Shown here: one piece after another, positions 20,789 to 30,500 of the stretch
Layout: each line of letters begins with the position of its first letter
Numbering within the stretch: position 1 is the first letter of the stretch
From: Candidatus Krumholzibacteriota bacterium
Lineage (GTDB): Bacteria; Krumholzibacteriota; Krumholzibacteriia; JAJRXK01
Assembly (NCBI GenBank): GCA_963806035.1
Contig: CAWDWO010000013.1
Span: 64,001 to 128,000, forward strand
Direction: 5' to 3'
Length of the DNA: 64,000 nucleotides
Notes under the pieces: generated by a model
What the model was told of the DNA's origin: nothing
Database searches by the model: none
Seen by the model: the letters and a program-made list of their open reading frames with translations, nothing else
Made by a program: the position numbers and the translations under genes

Positions 20789-21655
20789 ATGAGCCAAAAG
20801 CCCGAACAGCCACAGACGGAACTCGACTCCGTGCGCATCGCCCAGGATCCCCGGGTCATCATTTCCATGTATCACGCCGATCTTCGCTACGGGGAGCATT
20901 ACGCCCTGCGCGACGTGAATCTCCAGGTTGCCAACGGCGAGTTCCTCTTCCTGGTGGGACCATCGGGGGCGGGAAAGAGCAGTCTCTTGCGGCTGCTCAC
21001 CATGGACGAGTTTCCCACCTCGGGGCGCGTGGTGGTGGGATCCTTCGTGTCCAGCCGGATGGAACGCTCTCGTATCCCGAAACTCCGCCGCGAGATCGGA
21101 GTCGTGTTTCAGGATTTCCGGCTGCTCGACGATCGCAACGTCTTCGACAACATCGCATTCGCCCAGATGGTCATCGGAGTGAACAGCGCGGAGATCAAGC
21201 GCAACGTTTCGCGCGTGCTCAACTGGGTGGGTCTGCACCACAAGCGAAACCAGGACGTTCTCACCCTCAGCGGGGGTGAGCGCCAGCGGGTTGCCATCGC
21301 TCGCGCCATCGTCAACAGCCCCAGAATTCTTTTGGCCGACGAACCCACGGGAAACCTCGATCCCGAAGTCAGCCAGGAGGTCATCGACCTCCTCTTCAGA
21401 ATCAACTCCGCGGGAACCGCGGTGGTGATGTGCACCCATGACCACATCATGGTCCGTCAATACGGAGAGCGCATCGTGAAGCTGGACGGAGGAAGGGTCG
21501 TGGCGGACGTCGAGCGTTACCGTCCTCAGGTTTCGCGCGAGGAACGCGCCGTGGCGAACAAGGCCTATCAGCCCTTGAAGGAAGGCGAGCAACGCCGTGC
21601 TCCGGAAACCTGGAGCGAGAATCTCATCGAGATCAAGAGCGAGGAGAGGGGCTGA
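20789..21655 (+). CDS. ftsE: Cell division ABC ATPase FtsE
   Basis: GPSGAGKS, IGVVFQDFRLL, LSGGERQRVAIARA, LADEPTGNLDP. Upstream of ftsX. Confidence 0.94.
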   Translation: MSQKPEQPQTELDSVRIAQDPRVIISMYHADLRYGEHYALRDVNLQVANGEFLFLVGPSGAGKSSLLRLLTMDEFPTSGRVVVGSFVSSRMERSRIPKLRREIGVVFQDFRLLDDRNVFDNIAFAQMVIGVNSAEIKRNVSRVLNWVGLHHKRNQDVLTLSGGERQRVAIARAIVNSPRILLADEPTGNLDPEVSQEVIDLLFRINSAGTAVVMCTHDHIMVRQYGERIVKLDGGRVVADVERYRPQVSREERAVANKAYQPLKEGEQRRAPETWSENLIEIKSEERG

Positions 21656-22530
21656 TGTACGGCACGACGCAGATGAAGCACTTCGTGCGCGAAGCGCTCC
21701 TGGGCCTGGCGCGCCGGCGTGTCAGCGGCACCGTTGCCGTGCTCATCATGGGCTCGGCCCTTCTCATGCTGGCGCTCTTCAGCCTCATCACAATCAATCT
21801 CGATCGGGTTCTGCAATCGGTACGCGGCGACATCGACGCCGAGGTGTTTCTTCAGCCGAGCGTGTCGCCCGATCAGCAGCAGACTCTGCAGCACGAGATT
21901 CTCGCGGTGTACGGGGTGAAATCCGTCTACTACGTGAGCAAGGCGAAGGCGCTGGAGGAATTCCGCGCCGACCTCGGCAACGACGCATCTCTTCTGGACG
22001 GCTTCTCCGAAAATCCACTTCCCGCCTCCTTCCGGTTGCAGTTCGATGACGAGGTGGTGCACGACGCCGCCAAGATGGACGATCTCGTGCGGGTTCTGAA
22101 GCAGTTTCCCTGGGTCGAGGATGTCGTCTCGCAGGTGGAAACCGTGCATCGCCTCGATCGCCTGGCGCGCATCTTCAAAGTGGTCGACCTGATCGTCGGC
22201 CTCCTGGTTTTGGTCTCGGCCATCTTCGTGATTTCCAACACGGTGCGCCTCACCGTGGAGGAGCGAGCGCGCAGCATCGACATCATGAAACAGGTGGGCG
22301 CCACCAATTGGTTCATTCGAACTCCCTTCCTTCTCGGAGGGGCCTTGCAGGGCGCGGCCGCCGGCGCTCTGGCCATGATCCTTCTCCTGATCGCCCACCG
22401 TTTCTTGCAGCGAGAAATCAGCGGCGTCTACTTCTTCGCGAGCGGACAAATCATCGGTTTCGTAATTTTGAGCACTCTCTTGGGCGTCGTGGGCAGTGGG
22501 GCAGCGCTGCGGCGCCATCTGCGCCTGTGA
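21655..22530 (+). CDS. ftsX: Cell division permease FtsX
   Basis: 4 TM segments, ENPLPASF, ISNTVRLT, IMKQVGATNWFIRTPF. Confidence 0.94.
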   Translation: MYGTTQMKHFVREALLGLARRRVSGTVAVLIMGSALLMLALFSLITINLDRVLQSVRGDIDAEVFLQPSVSPDQQQTLQHEILAVYGVKSVYYVSKAKALEEFRADLGNDASLLDGFSENPLPASFRLQFDDEVVHDAAKMDDLVRVLKQFPWVEDVVSQVETVHRLDRLARIFKVVDLIVGLLVLVSAIFVISNTVRLTVEERARSIDIMKQVGATNWFIRTPFLLGGALQGAAAGALAMILLLIAHRFLQREISGVYFFASGQIIGFVILSTLLGVVGSGAALRRHLRL

Positions 22531-22535
22531 TCGGG

Positions 22536-23735
22536 ATGCGAAGCATCGCCTCATCCGGCCACCCCAAGCCGCGGCTTTCGTTCTGGCTCGTCGCCCTGCT
22601 GCTGCTCGGTGTCCTGAAATCCACGCCGGTCTCTGCCCAGTCGCAGAACGACCCGACTCTCGACGACAAGCAACAGCAGCTCGAACAGCTGCGATCCGAG
22701 ATCAAGAAATCGCGCAACAAGGCCAACGCTCTCGCACAGGACGAGGGAAAGCAGTTGAAGCGTCTACAGGCCCTGGAACAGGAAGCGGCCGACACCAAGA
22801 AACTTCTGGATGGACTCAACGCCCGCCAGGACGAACTCCTGCAAGAGGTGAGTTCGTTGCAAAGCGAAATCGCGCGCAGCGATTCGAGCGCTTCTCTGCG
22901 CCGCGCGCGCCTGGCTTCTCAATTGCGCCACATGTACATGTACCGCAGCCAGAGCACCTTCGCCGTGCTCGCGACCAGTGGCGAGTTGGATCAATTGGGT
23001 CGGAAGATGCGCGCCATGACATCGATTGCACGCGCCGAACGAAGTTTCATCGAGGACATTCAGGAGAGCCGTTCCGTCCTGCAGGACAAGGAAGCCGAGC
23101 TGGACGAGCGCTTGGCGCAGCTCGAACAAAACCGCGGCCAGGTGCAGCAACAACGGGCGCGGGTGGACGCCCTCAAACAGGAGCGGCGCGAGCAGCTGGA
23201 TCAGATCAAGAAGGAGCGCAATCGCTGGGATTCCTCTTTGAAGGAGCTGCAGCAATCGGCGGCACAGTTGGAAGACCTCATGACACAACTGGAGAAACAG
23301 GGTCAGAAGCATGGAGCCCAGCTCAACGCCGATTTTCCCGCCCTGAAGGGACAGCTTATCATGCCGGTGGCCGGAAGCATCACGCAGGGCTTTGGGCGTT
23401 CCGTCCATCCCCGATTCAAGACGGTCGTGGTGAATCGCGGGATCAACATCGCGGCCGCCATGGGCGCTCCCATCCGCGTAGTTGCGCAGGGTGTCGTCGA
23501 TTACGTGAACTGGTTGCCCGGCTATGGCAAGTGCATTATCGTCAACCACGGCGACGGTTGGTACACCCTCTACGCTCATTGCTCGCAGATCTTCCCCGCG
23601 GTATCGGCAACGGTCCAATCCGGCGAGGTGATCGCGGAAGTGGGAGATACGGGCTCACTCGATGGCAGTCAACTCTACTTCGAAATTCGACACGGAAAGA
23701 CTCCCGTCGATCCCGCGCCCTGGTTTCGCCGCTGA
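22536..23735 (+). CDS. envC: Murein hydrolase activator EnvC (coiled coil + degenerate M23 domain)
   Basis: Signal peptide, long coiled coil, M23 domain with NRGIN/YAH in place of HxxxD/HxH. Follows ftsEX. Alternative GTG start at 22527. Confidence 0.88.
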   Translation: MRSIASSGHPKPRLSFWLVALLLLGVLKSTPVSAQSQNDPTLDDKQQQLEQLRSEIKKSRNKANALAQDEGKQLKRLQALEQEAADTKKLLDGLNARQDELLQEVSSLQSEIARSDSSASLRRARLASQLRHMYMYRSQSTFAVLATSGELDQLGRKMRAMTSIARAERSFIEDIQESRSVLQDKEAELDERLAQLEQNRGQVQQQRARVDALKQERREQLDQIKKERNRWDSSLKELQQSAAQLEDLMTQLEKQGQKHGAQLNADFPALKGQLIMPVAGSITQGFGRSVHPRFKTVVVNRGINIAAAMGAPIRVVAQGVVDYVNWLPGYGKCIIVNHGDGWYTLYAHCSQIFPAVSATVQSGEVIAEVGDTGSLDGSQLYFEIRHGKTPVDPAPWFRR

Positions 23736-23792
23736 TCCCCCGCCCAAACTCTGCCCATCGAGCCTCTCCTTTGCGATTTTGACGGTGCGCTC

Positions 23793-24926
23793 ATGAGCGG
23801 CGGACTCGATCCTCTGCAGCGCAGCCCGGCCTTGACCAGCCTCGCCCGGGCGGCCCGCAGCGGCGAGCTGCCCAACAGCCTTCTTCTGGAGGGACCGGAG
23901 GGTTGCGGCAAACAGGAGGTCGCGCTCGCGCTGGCCGAGATTCTCCTGGAGGAGAACGCCGGGGACTCCCGCGGGCGCGTGGCGCGGCTCTCGCACCCCG
24001 ATCTCCTCTTCGTGTTTCCTGCGCAGGCCAACCTGAAGGTGGAGGGCTATCGCGAAATCCTCGACGCCAAGGCGGAAGAGCCCCTGGCACGAATCCGGCA
24101 GGCGAGCACCGCGATCATCGCGATCGGCGAGGTGGACAACCCGGGCTTTTGTACCATCCGGCGCGTGCGCCGTTTCGCCGAGGCCGTGCCCTTCGAGGCG
24201 CCTCGTAAAGTGGTGATACTGGCCGACGCCCATCGCATGAATCGCGCGGCGGCGAATGCTCTGCTCAAGACTCTGGAGGAACCACCGGCCACCGCGGTAC
24301 TCCTTCTCTGTTCGCACCAGACCCATCTCATGCCCGCCACCGTGCGCAGCCGCTGCGCGCGCGTCCGGGTACCCGCCTTCAGCGAGGAGGATCTGAGGAG
24401 ACGGCTCAGCGAAAAGCACGGCCTCGATCAGGATGCGGCCGAGCAGATCGCGGCGGTCAGCGGCGGCAACGCCCGCCGCGCGCTCGATCTCATCGACCCC
24501 CAGTCGCTCATGGTGGCCTCCTGGGCGCGCACCCTGCTGACGCGGCTGCTCTCGGCGGAGCGAGCCGATCTTCTGGCGGGAGCCGAACGAGTTTCCAAGG
24601 GACAGGATCCCAAGGGCGGCAAGGGCGCCAAGCTCACCGACGCCAGCCTGAGCGCTTCACGCGACGTGGCGATGCGCACCATCGATTTTCTCGTGGCCGA
24701 TCTTCTGTCGCTGGTCCGTTTGCGTGAGGGATTCAAGGAGAATCGCGCGCTGACGGAGCGTCTCTCCAAGTGGCTTCGCCAAGAGCCGTCCATCGATCCG
24801 GGCCGCGCCGCCAAGATCCTCCTCAGAGCGCGCGATGATTTGGCCTTGAACGTGAACGTGGGATTGGTTCTCACCCATGCCTTCATGGAAGCGCTCGACT
24901 CCGCCGCGGCAAGAGGGAACGCGTAG
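23793..24926 (+). CDS. holB: DNA polymerase III delta' subunit
   Basis: GPEGCGK, HPDL, AANALLKTLEEPP, TVRSRC. Confidence 0.88.
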   Translation: MSGGLDPLQRSPALTSLARAARSGELPNSLLLEGPEGCGKQEVALALAEILLEENAGDSRGRVARLSHPDLLFVFPAQANLKVEGYREILDAKAEEPLARIRQASTAIIAIGEVDNPGFCTIRRVRRFAEAVPFEAPRKVVILADAHRMNRAAANALLKTLEEPPATAVLLLCSHQTHLMPATVRSRCARVRVPAFSEEDLRRRLSEKHGLDQDAAEQIAAVSGGNARRALDLIDPQSLMVASWARTLLTRLLSAERADLLAGAERVSKGQDPKGGKGAKLTDASLSASRDVAMRTIDFLVADLLSLVRLREGFKENRALTERLSKWLRQEPSIDPGRAAKILLRARDDLALNVNVGLVLTHAFMEALDSAAARGNA

Positions 24927-24929
24927 CTC

Positions 24930-25763
24930 ATGGCGGGACTCATCGACAGCCATCTCCATTTGGGCAGGGAGGAGTTTGACTCCGACCGCGAGAACGTGCG
25001 CGCGCGGGCCAGGGACGCGGGGGTGTGCGCGTTTCTCCACGTTGGTTTCGATTCCCCCTCCATCGAGGCGGCCCTGCGGCAGGCGGAAGGACGAAAGGAC
25101 GAATGGGTGGCCGCCGGCATTCATCCGCACGACGCGCGCGAGTGGGGTCCTTCGTCCGAGAAGCTCCTCGAAGAGCTGGCCAAGGCGGGCCGCATCGTGG
25201 CGGTGGGGGAGTGCGGTCTGGATTTCTATCGCGACCTTTCCCCCCGGCCGCTGCAAGAGCTCGCCTTCCGCGCCCAGATCGCGCTGGCCAAAGCTCTCGG
25301 GCTTCCCATGATCTACCACGTGCGCGATGCCTACCCCGAGGCCAAGCGGATCCTGCTCGAGGAGGGTCTGCCGCCCCGCCGCGGCATCTTCCACGCCTTC
25401 GCCGGTGACGCCGAGTTCGCGGCCTGGGCGAAAGACGAGGGCTTCCTCTTGGGGGTGGGGGGACCGCTCACTTACCCCAAGTCCAAGCTACCCGAGGCGA
25501 TCGAGAAGATCCCGCGCGAGAGCTTGATCCTGGAGACGGACGCTCCCTGGCTCCCGCCCCAGCCCTTCCGCGGGCGGCGCAACGAGCCGGCCTATCTGCG
25601 CATCACCGCGGAGCATCTCGCGCTGGCCCAGGGGGTTTCGGTGGACGAGCTGGCGCGCGGAATGGCGGAGTCCTTCGCCTCCCTTTTCGGCGTGGAATTT
25701 ACCGACACATTTGACGCTTTCGTCCCTTCCCGCCGCGCCATTCCCAAAGGGCGGGCGCGTTGA
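24930..25763 (+). CDS. tatD: TatD family metal-dependent DNase
   Basis: DSHLH, GIHPH, VGECGLD, HVRDA, FHAF, LETDAP, RNEP. Confidence 0.95.
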   Translation: MAGLIDSHLHLGREEFDSDRENVRARARDAGVCAFLHVGFDSPSIEAALRQAEGRKDEWVAAGIHPHDAREWGPSSEKLLEELAKAGRIVAVGECGLDFYRDLSPRPLQELAFRAQIALAKALGLPMIYHVRDAYPEAKRILLEEGLPPRRGIFHAFAGDAEFAAWAKDEGFLLGVGGPLTYPKSKLPEAIEKIPRESLILETDAPWLPPQPFRGRRNEPAYLRITAEHLALAQGVSVDELARGMAESFASLFGVEFTDTFDAFVPSRRAIPKGRAR

Positions 25764-25789
25764 CAGGCCAAGGTCTCGGGTGCTATCCT
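25760..25789 (+). promoter_or_regulatory. Putative sigma70 promoter upstream of rsmA
   Basis: Perfect TTGACA, 18-nt spacer, extended -10 TGcTATCCT. Confidence 0.6.
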
Positions 25790-25993
25790 CGTGAAATCAA
25801 ACCAGGACCGGATTTTGACCGGTCTCCCCTGCCAACTCGCCTCTCCTCTCCGGAGGTCTTGCCACCGCATCTGTGCTACGGTTCGCGCTCGGATCGAGCG
25901 TGTCCCCGAGTTTTTCGAACTCGGGCATCGAGGGGAACTGGTTCCCCAGTGGTTCAAGGCCGGCTTCGTGACGGCGCTCTCGCTTTTTGGTGT

Positions 25994-26836
25994 ATGACTC
26001 CGCACGAATCCCAAGCAGCGCTTCTGAGGAAATACGGTCTGCGCCTGAACAAGCGTCTGGGCCAGCATTTCCTCGTCGATCAACGGGTTCTGGCACGGAT
26101 CGTGGATTCCATCCGCGATTTGGGCGTGCGCCGCGTGGTCGAATTGGGCGCCGGAGCGGGAGCTCTCAGCGCCGCACTTCTGCGCGCGGGCCTTCAAGTG
26201 GAAGCGCTCGAGCTGGACGAGAGGATGCTCGAGCTTCTGAAAAACGAATACGCGTCCGAGGGACTGAAAGTGCGCCGGGCGGACATCGCGCGGGAGGATC
26301 TGGCCGAAACGGTGGGTTCTGAGCCCATGTGTTTCGCGGGAAACCTCCCCTACCAGGTGACGAGCCCTGTGCTCTTTTCCCTGGGTGAAGCGCTCATGCG
26401 GCCCGCGTGCACGGGGGCGATCCTCATGATGCAGGCCGAAGTGGCAGCACGACTGTGCGCGAAGCCGGGAACGAAAGAATACGGGGTGCTCACGGTGCTC
26501 CTCCAAGCGCGTTGTAGGGTGCGTAGAATCGCGCGCGTGCGTCCCGGCTCGTTTCTCCCCCCGCCCAAAGTGCATTCGGCGGTGGTGGAGCTTCAGCCGC
26601 GCGAGGAGGTCGTGAAGTTCGACGAGCGGGGCACGAAGCTGGTCAAGGAGCTGTTTCGCGAAAGGCGCAAACAGATCGGCGGCCTTTTGAGGCGCCGCGA
26701 AGGCTTAGACGAGGATGGATTGACGCAGCTGCGGGACTCGACGGGAATCGACCCCCGGCTTCGTCCGGAAGACTTGAGTATTTCGGATTTCAGGGCACTG
26801 GACCTCTACCTGGAAGAGTTGCGGAACGAATCATGA
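25994..26836 (+). CDS. rsmA: 16S rRNA adenine dimethyltransferase RsmA/KsgA
   Basis: KRLGQHFL, VELGAGAG, GNLPYQVT, MMQAEVA.RL, F.PPPKVHSAV. Confidence 0.95.
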   Translation: MTPHESQAALLRKYGLRLNKRLGQHFLVDQRVLARIVDSIRDLGVRRVVELGAGAGALSAALLRAGLQVEALELDERMLELLKNEYASEGLKVRRADIAREDLAETVGSEPMCFAGNLPYQVTSPVLFSLGEALMRPACTGAILMMQAEVAARLCAKPGTKEYGVLTVLLQARCRVRRIARVRPGSFLPPPKVHSAVVELQPREEVVKFDERGTKLVKELFRERRKQIGGLLRRREGLDEDGLTQLRDSTGIDPRLRPEDLSISDFRALDLYLEELRNES

Positions 26837-29004
26837 CCAGAAGCCGCAGGGGGTGGAGGACCAGTTCTCGGGGAGTCGCGCTAGCGACTCTGGTCACGCT
26901 GTATCTGTGCGCGATCAGCGGCACTGCGACGGCTCAGAGCGATGCGCAGGCAGACAGCTCAGGCACGGGAGTGCAGGATTTGGGATCGATCGTCAATCAG
27001 AGCATCGCAGCGCAGACGGACTCCAGCTCCCAGGCGAACTCCGCCGCCAAGAGCGATTCCACCGGAATTGTGGGACTCCGCAAACAGCTGGAAGAGTTGG
27101 GTGGAATGGCCTGGCTTGGTTTCGTGGGACCGGAAGTGAGGAACCGGCCCACGCTCAAGGGCGGCTACGATTCCGGACAATCCAACTACGGACCCTATTT
27201 CGACATCAACGTTCCCCTGCTGGTGGCGGGCGGTTTCTCCACCACGAGCAGCTACCATCGCGAGAGCCTCGAGGAACCCGCCACCCAGCAGAACAAAGTG
27301 GGCCGCGAGATCCACAGCAGCTGGAAGCGTCCCATGAGCGATTGGGGAAGCTTCAACCTCGACTTCCGGCGCCGCAGCAACGAAACGAACCGCGTCGGTT
27401 TCGCCAAGAGTACCTCGGAGAACACCAATCTCTCCTCCAGTCTGACGGGCACCGCGGACCTCGGCGACACCGGTATCGACGGCAAGTGGGCGGTCAAGGG
27501 AAACATCAAGGACGACAAGGTCACTTCGGGTTCTCGCGCGGGCGCCACGAACCAGACCCTCAATACCGGCACTTTCTCGCTGGGAACCGGCCGCAAAGTG
27601 GGCGACATGAACGTGGCGCTGAATGCCGGCCTGGACGTCTCGGCCGGACCGCAGACTCTTTCCGCGGCGACCGACGGAAGCAACGCCCAGCAGGATACCA
27701 AAACCAGCGTGAGCGACACCTTGGGGGTGAATCTCCGCTGGCAGCAGGGGAAGAACCGCAGCTTCAGTGCCCAAATCAGTCGACAGGTCTTCAACGAAGA
27801 CCGTTTGGATTATCTGAAGGACTTTCGCGGAGTCTCGATCTTCGATCCCGACACCCGGCTCAAGATCGTGGGCAGCGAGAGCGAGAGCAGGAACATCACC
27901 AGCGTCAACCTCACGGCCACGACACCCATCTACCGCTCGCTGAGAACCAATTTGGGCTACAACCTGCAGCGTAAGGAAACCCACTACACTCTGAGCGAGC
28001 AGGGCTTCATTCCCGAACACATGCAAAACTTCAACGGCGATGTCACCTTCCGCTACGCGCAGGCGGGAAGCCTGAAGGTGAGCCTCGGTCTCAGCCAGCT
28101 CTGGGACGACCGGCGCTCCAGGGGGTCCAAGGAGCTGCGCGGCAAGCACTTCAGCAACTCGAACAGCGTGAGCTTCACCATCGATCAGCACCTCCTGGGA
28201 GCCACCGATCTCAAGGTCCTGTACGCCGAGGACCTGACCCAACAGGTCTACGACTACAAACTGGAGACGGGAACCCTGGATATCGACGTGCTCTCCAAGC
28301 GCGTGGACGCCAGACTGAGTTCGGATGCGTTCAGCAAGATCAAGGTGACGCTCACCGGAACCTACAAGACCGCGGCCAACGTCTTTCTGGATGCGAAGCA
28401 AGTGGCCAACAACAACCGCGACCAGAACACCTGGAAAGTGAGTGGCGATTACGCCTGGCAGCTCACGCAGGCCGTGAGTTTCTCGCAGAGTTACCAGCTC
28501 GGGATCGATTACACCGACTACTACTATTCGTACGTGCCCGAAGTAAACCAACGGGACAAGTTCTACAAGCGCACGCAGCTCAAGACGGATCTCAATTTGA
28601 AGTTGCCGGGCGCGGCCAGCTTCGGCCTCAGCCACAGCGTGGACCGGACGCGCGGCGGCAACAAGCTGCTGCAGGATGACGTGGAGGCGAGCGGCTACAC
28701 CGACGACCTGGCGCGCCGTCAGGACGAACAGAGGTTGAACGCATCGGTCTCATTTCCGCTCGTGCTGGGATACAAGGTCTCGGTGGAGACCAACCGCACC
28801 TGGCGCACTCTGCAGGGTGCCAACGATGAATTTCAGGGGAACATCCGCGCCGGCGTGAAGGGACTTCAGACCTTCCTGAACGATCGCATGACCCTCTCCC
28901 TGGACCTGGGCTACGTGTGGGCCTACGGGCCGCCGCGCGTCATCCGCATCGAACGGGACCGGCGTTTCTTCACCTCCTCCACTTACTTGTCCTGGGCTTT
29001 CTGA
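26833..29004 (+). CDS. Putative outer-membrane beta-barrel protein, uncharacterised
   Basis: Signal peptide (…ATA-QS), many alternating amphipathic beta-strands, C-terminal TYLSWAF (BAM-type terminal Phe). Confidence 0.72.
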   Translation: MTRSRRGWRTSSRGVALATLVTLYLCAISGTATAQSDAQADSSGTGVQDLGSIVNQSIAAQTDSSSQANSAAKSDSTGIVGLRKQLEELGGMAWLGFVGPEVRNRPTLKGGYDSGQSNYGPYFDINVPLLVAGGFSTTSSYHRESLEEPATQQNKVGREIHSSWKRPMSDWGSFNLDFRRRSNETNRVGFAKSTSENTNLSSSLTGTADLGDTGIDGKWAVKGNIKDDKVTSGSRAGATNQTLNTGTFSLGTGRKVGDMNVALNAGLDVSAGPQTLSAATDGSNAQQDTKTSVSDTLGVNLRWQQGKNRSFSAQISRQVFNEDRLDYLKDFRGVSIFDPDTRLKIVGSESESRNITSVNLTATTPIYRSLRTNLGYNLQRKETHYTLSEQGFIPEHMQNFNGDVTFRYAQAGSLKVSLGLSQLWDDRRSRGSKELRGKHFSNSNSVSFTIDQHLLGATDLKVLYAEDLTQQVYDYKLETGTLDIDVLSKRVDARLSSDAFSKIKVTLTGTYKTAANVFLDAKQVANNNRDQNTWKVSGDYAWQLTQAVSFSQSYQLGIDYTDYYYSYVPEVNQRDKFYKRTQLKTDLNLKLPGAASFGLSHSVDRTRGGNKLLQDDVEASGYTDDLARRQDEQRLNASVSFPLVLGYKVSVETNRTWRTLQGANDEFQGNIRAGVKGLQTFLNDRMTLSLDLGYVWAYGPPRVIRIERDRRFFTSSTYLSWAF

Positions 29005-29014
29005 AAGGGCTTCG

Positions 29015-29587
29015 ATGTCGCGTCTGCTCCTCATCACCGTGCTCGCCGCATTGCTCTTGGGCGGATGCTTCTTCAAGACGCGTACGCCCGAGCAGCCCGA
29101 TTTCGGCGGCGGCTGCCAGGTCGACTTCCGCTTCAACGACCGTTGGGAAAACGTGATCTTCAATCTGGAGGGGGCGTTGAAGTGCGGGGATCCGACGGAG
29201 TATCTTGATGTCATCGGCAAGGACTTCGTCTACGAACCCACGGCGAACCTGATGGCCCAGTACCCCGCAGTGTTCAGCACGGTGTGGACCAAGGATCGGG
29301 AGAGCGCGTTCATTCAGAACGCTTTCGCGGGCTCGCTCTTCCAGGCCTCGCTGGCCGACAGCATTCTCTCCGGGCCCACCGACAGCGGCGACGTCACACG
29401 GCTCACCGCGCGCTACGTGGTCAACGAAGTGGACGCATCGGGAACGCCCACTGGCCGCAGCTGGGAGGGCATCGCCGACTATGAATTTCTGCGCGGGAGT
29501 CTGGTCACCATGGTCCTCTGGAGGGACAATGACAGCTCAGGATTGCCTTTCGGGGAGCTGCGGGCCGAATTGGCGGGAGGTAACTGA
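29015..29587 (+). CDS. Hypothetical lipoprotein (possibly NTF2/SnoaL-like)
   Basis: Lipobox LGGC. Shares N...A......EY......F.[YF].P and W....E with the downstream lipoprotein. Confidence 0.72.
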   Translation: MSRLLLITVLAALLLGGCFFKTRTPEQPDFGGGCQVDFRFNDRWENVIFNLEGALKCGDPTEYLDVIGKDFVYEPTANLMAQYPAVFSTVWTKDRESAFIQNAFAGSLFQASLADSILSGPTDSGDVTRLTARYVVNEVDASGTPTGRSWEGIADYEFLRGSLVTMVLWRDNDSSGLPFGELRAELAGGN

Positions 29588-29649
29588 AACTCAATTGCTA
29601 AACCCAATTTTCCTCGACACTCGGGACGATGGCATCGTCCGCGCCGATT

Positions 29650-29658
29650 TGCTACAAT
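29650..29658 (+). promoter_or_regulatory. Putative extended -10 promoter element
   Basis: TGcTACAAT 37 nt upstream of the 29695 ATG. Confidence 0.35.
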
Positions 29659-29694
29659 TCTGTCCACAAGGACGCATCATTGGAGGTTTTGCCC

Positions 29695-30330
29695 ATGTTT
29701 GCCCCAACTCGACTCAAGCGCCGGCTGACTCCCGTCTTGCTGCTGTTTCTCATCGCAGTACTCGCGGCGGGCTGCGGTGTCTTTTCCCCCGACGAGAGTA
29801 AGAATAACGGCGGCGGTGGCACCGATCGCGGGGTGTTCAAACCCGCCACCTCCCCCGACCAGTGTATGGCCAACTTCAAGAACGCCTGGGAGCAGCGCAC
29901 GCTCGTGGAGTACGAGAAGCTTCTGGACGATCAATTTCAGTTCTTCTTCGATCCCAACGACGGTCTGGAGCAGTTCGTGGGTCCCAGCTGGGGACGCACC
30001 GAGGAACTGGATTCGGCGAAGTCGATCTTCGAGGGCGATGCCGGCTACGACCTCATCAAGCAGGAGGACATCCCGCCCGTCCTGAGCATCGAGTTCACCA
30101 CCTTCTCCAAGGTCTTCGACTGGCAGGATCCGGGGACCGACCAGCTCTACGAGGGGACGGTCAAGGCGCGCTACAAGGTGGGGATCAAGGTCAGTTTCCA
30201 GGGGGTCGAGCAGACCACGCTGGTCACCGGAGACAACGATTTCTACGTGAAGGGCTACCCGCAGAGCGACGGGACCACCCTCTACAAGATCAAGGTCTGG
30301 GAGGACCAGGGACAGAACCTGGGCGGCTGA
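29695..30330 (+). CDS. Hypothetical lipoprotein, paralogue of 29015-29587
   Basis: SD GGAGG, lipobox AAGC, strong coding bias, shared motifs with the upstream lipoprotein. Confidence 0.78.
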   Translation: MFAPTRLKRRLTPVLLLFLIAVLAAGCGVFSPDESKNNGGGGTDRGVFKPATSPDQCMANFKNAWEQRTLVEYEKLLDDQFQFFFDPNDGLEQFVGPSWGRTEELDSAKSIFEGDAGYDLIKQEDIPPVLSIEFTTFSKVFDWQDPGTDQLYEGTVKARYKVGIKVSFQGVEQTTLVTGDNDFYVKGYPQSDGTTLYKIKVWEDQGQNLGG

Positions 30331-30366
30331 GCCGCTCGTCTTCCTGTCTTTCTCCCTCACGACCAC

Positions 30367-30399
30367 GATGCCCCCGCCTTTGGCGGGGGCATCTTCGTT
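30367..30399 (+). terminator. Intrinsic terminator-like hairpin
   Basis: Perfect 12-bp stem GATGCCCCCGCC/GGCGGGGGCATC with TTT loop, followed by TTCGTT. Confidence 0.7.
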
Positions 30400-30500
30400 C
30401 GTGGACGCTGGGGCGTACCCTGTGCTAAGACAACGCGAACCCGCGTGCCCGGCTTTCCGGCCGGGCGCGCCCATGGAATCACAGCGGAGAGCCACCCTCG

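Noticed and set aside
25790..25993. 6S RNA (GGTTCAAGG resembles its 3' motif); also CCTTGAACC near 62565
   Set aside because: I found no long 5'/3' complementary rod with a central bubble in either region.
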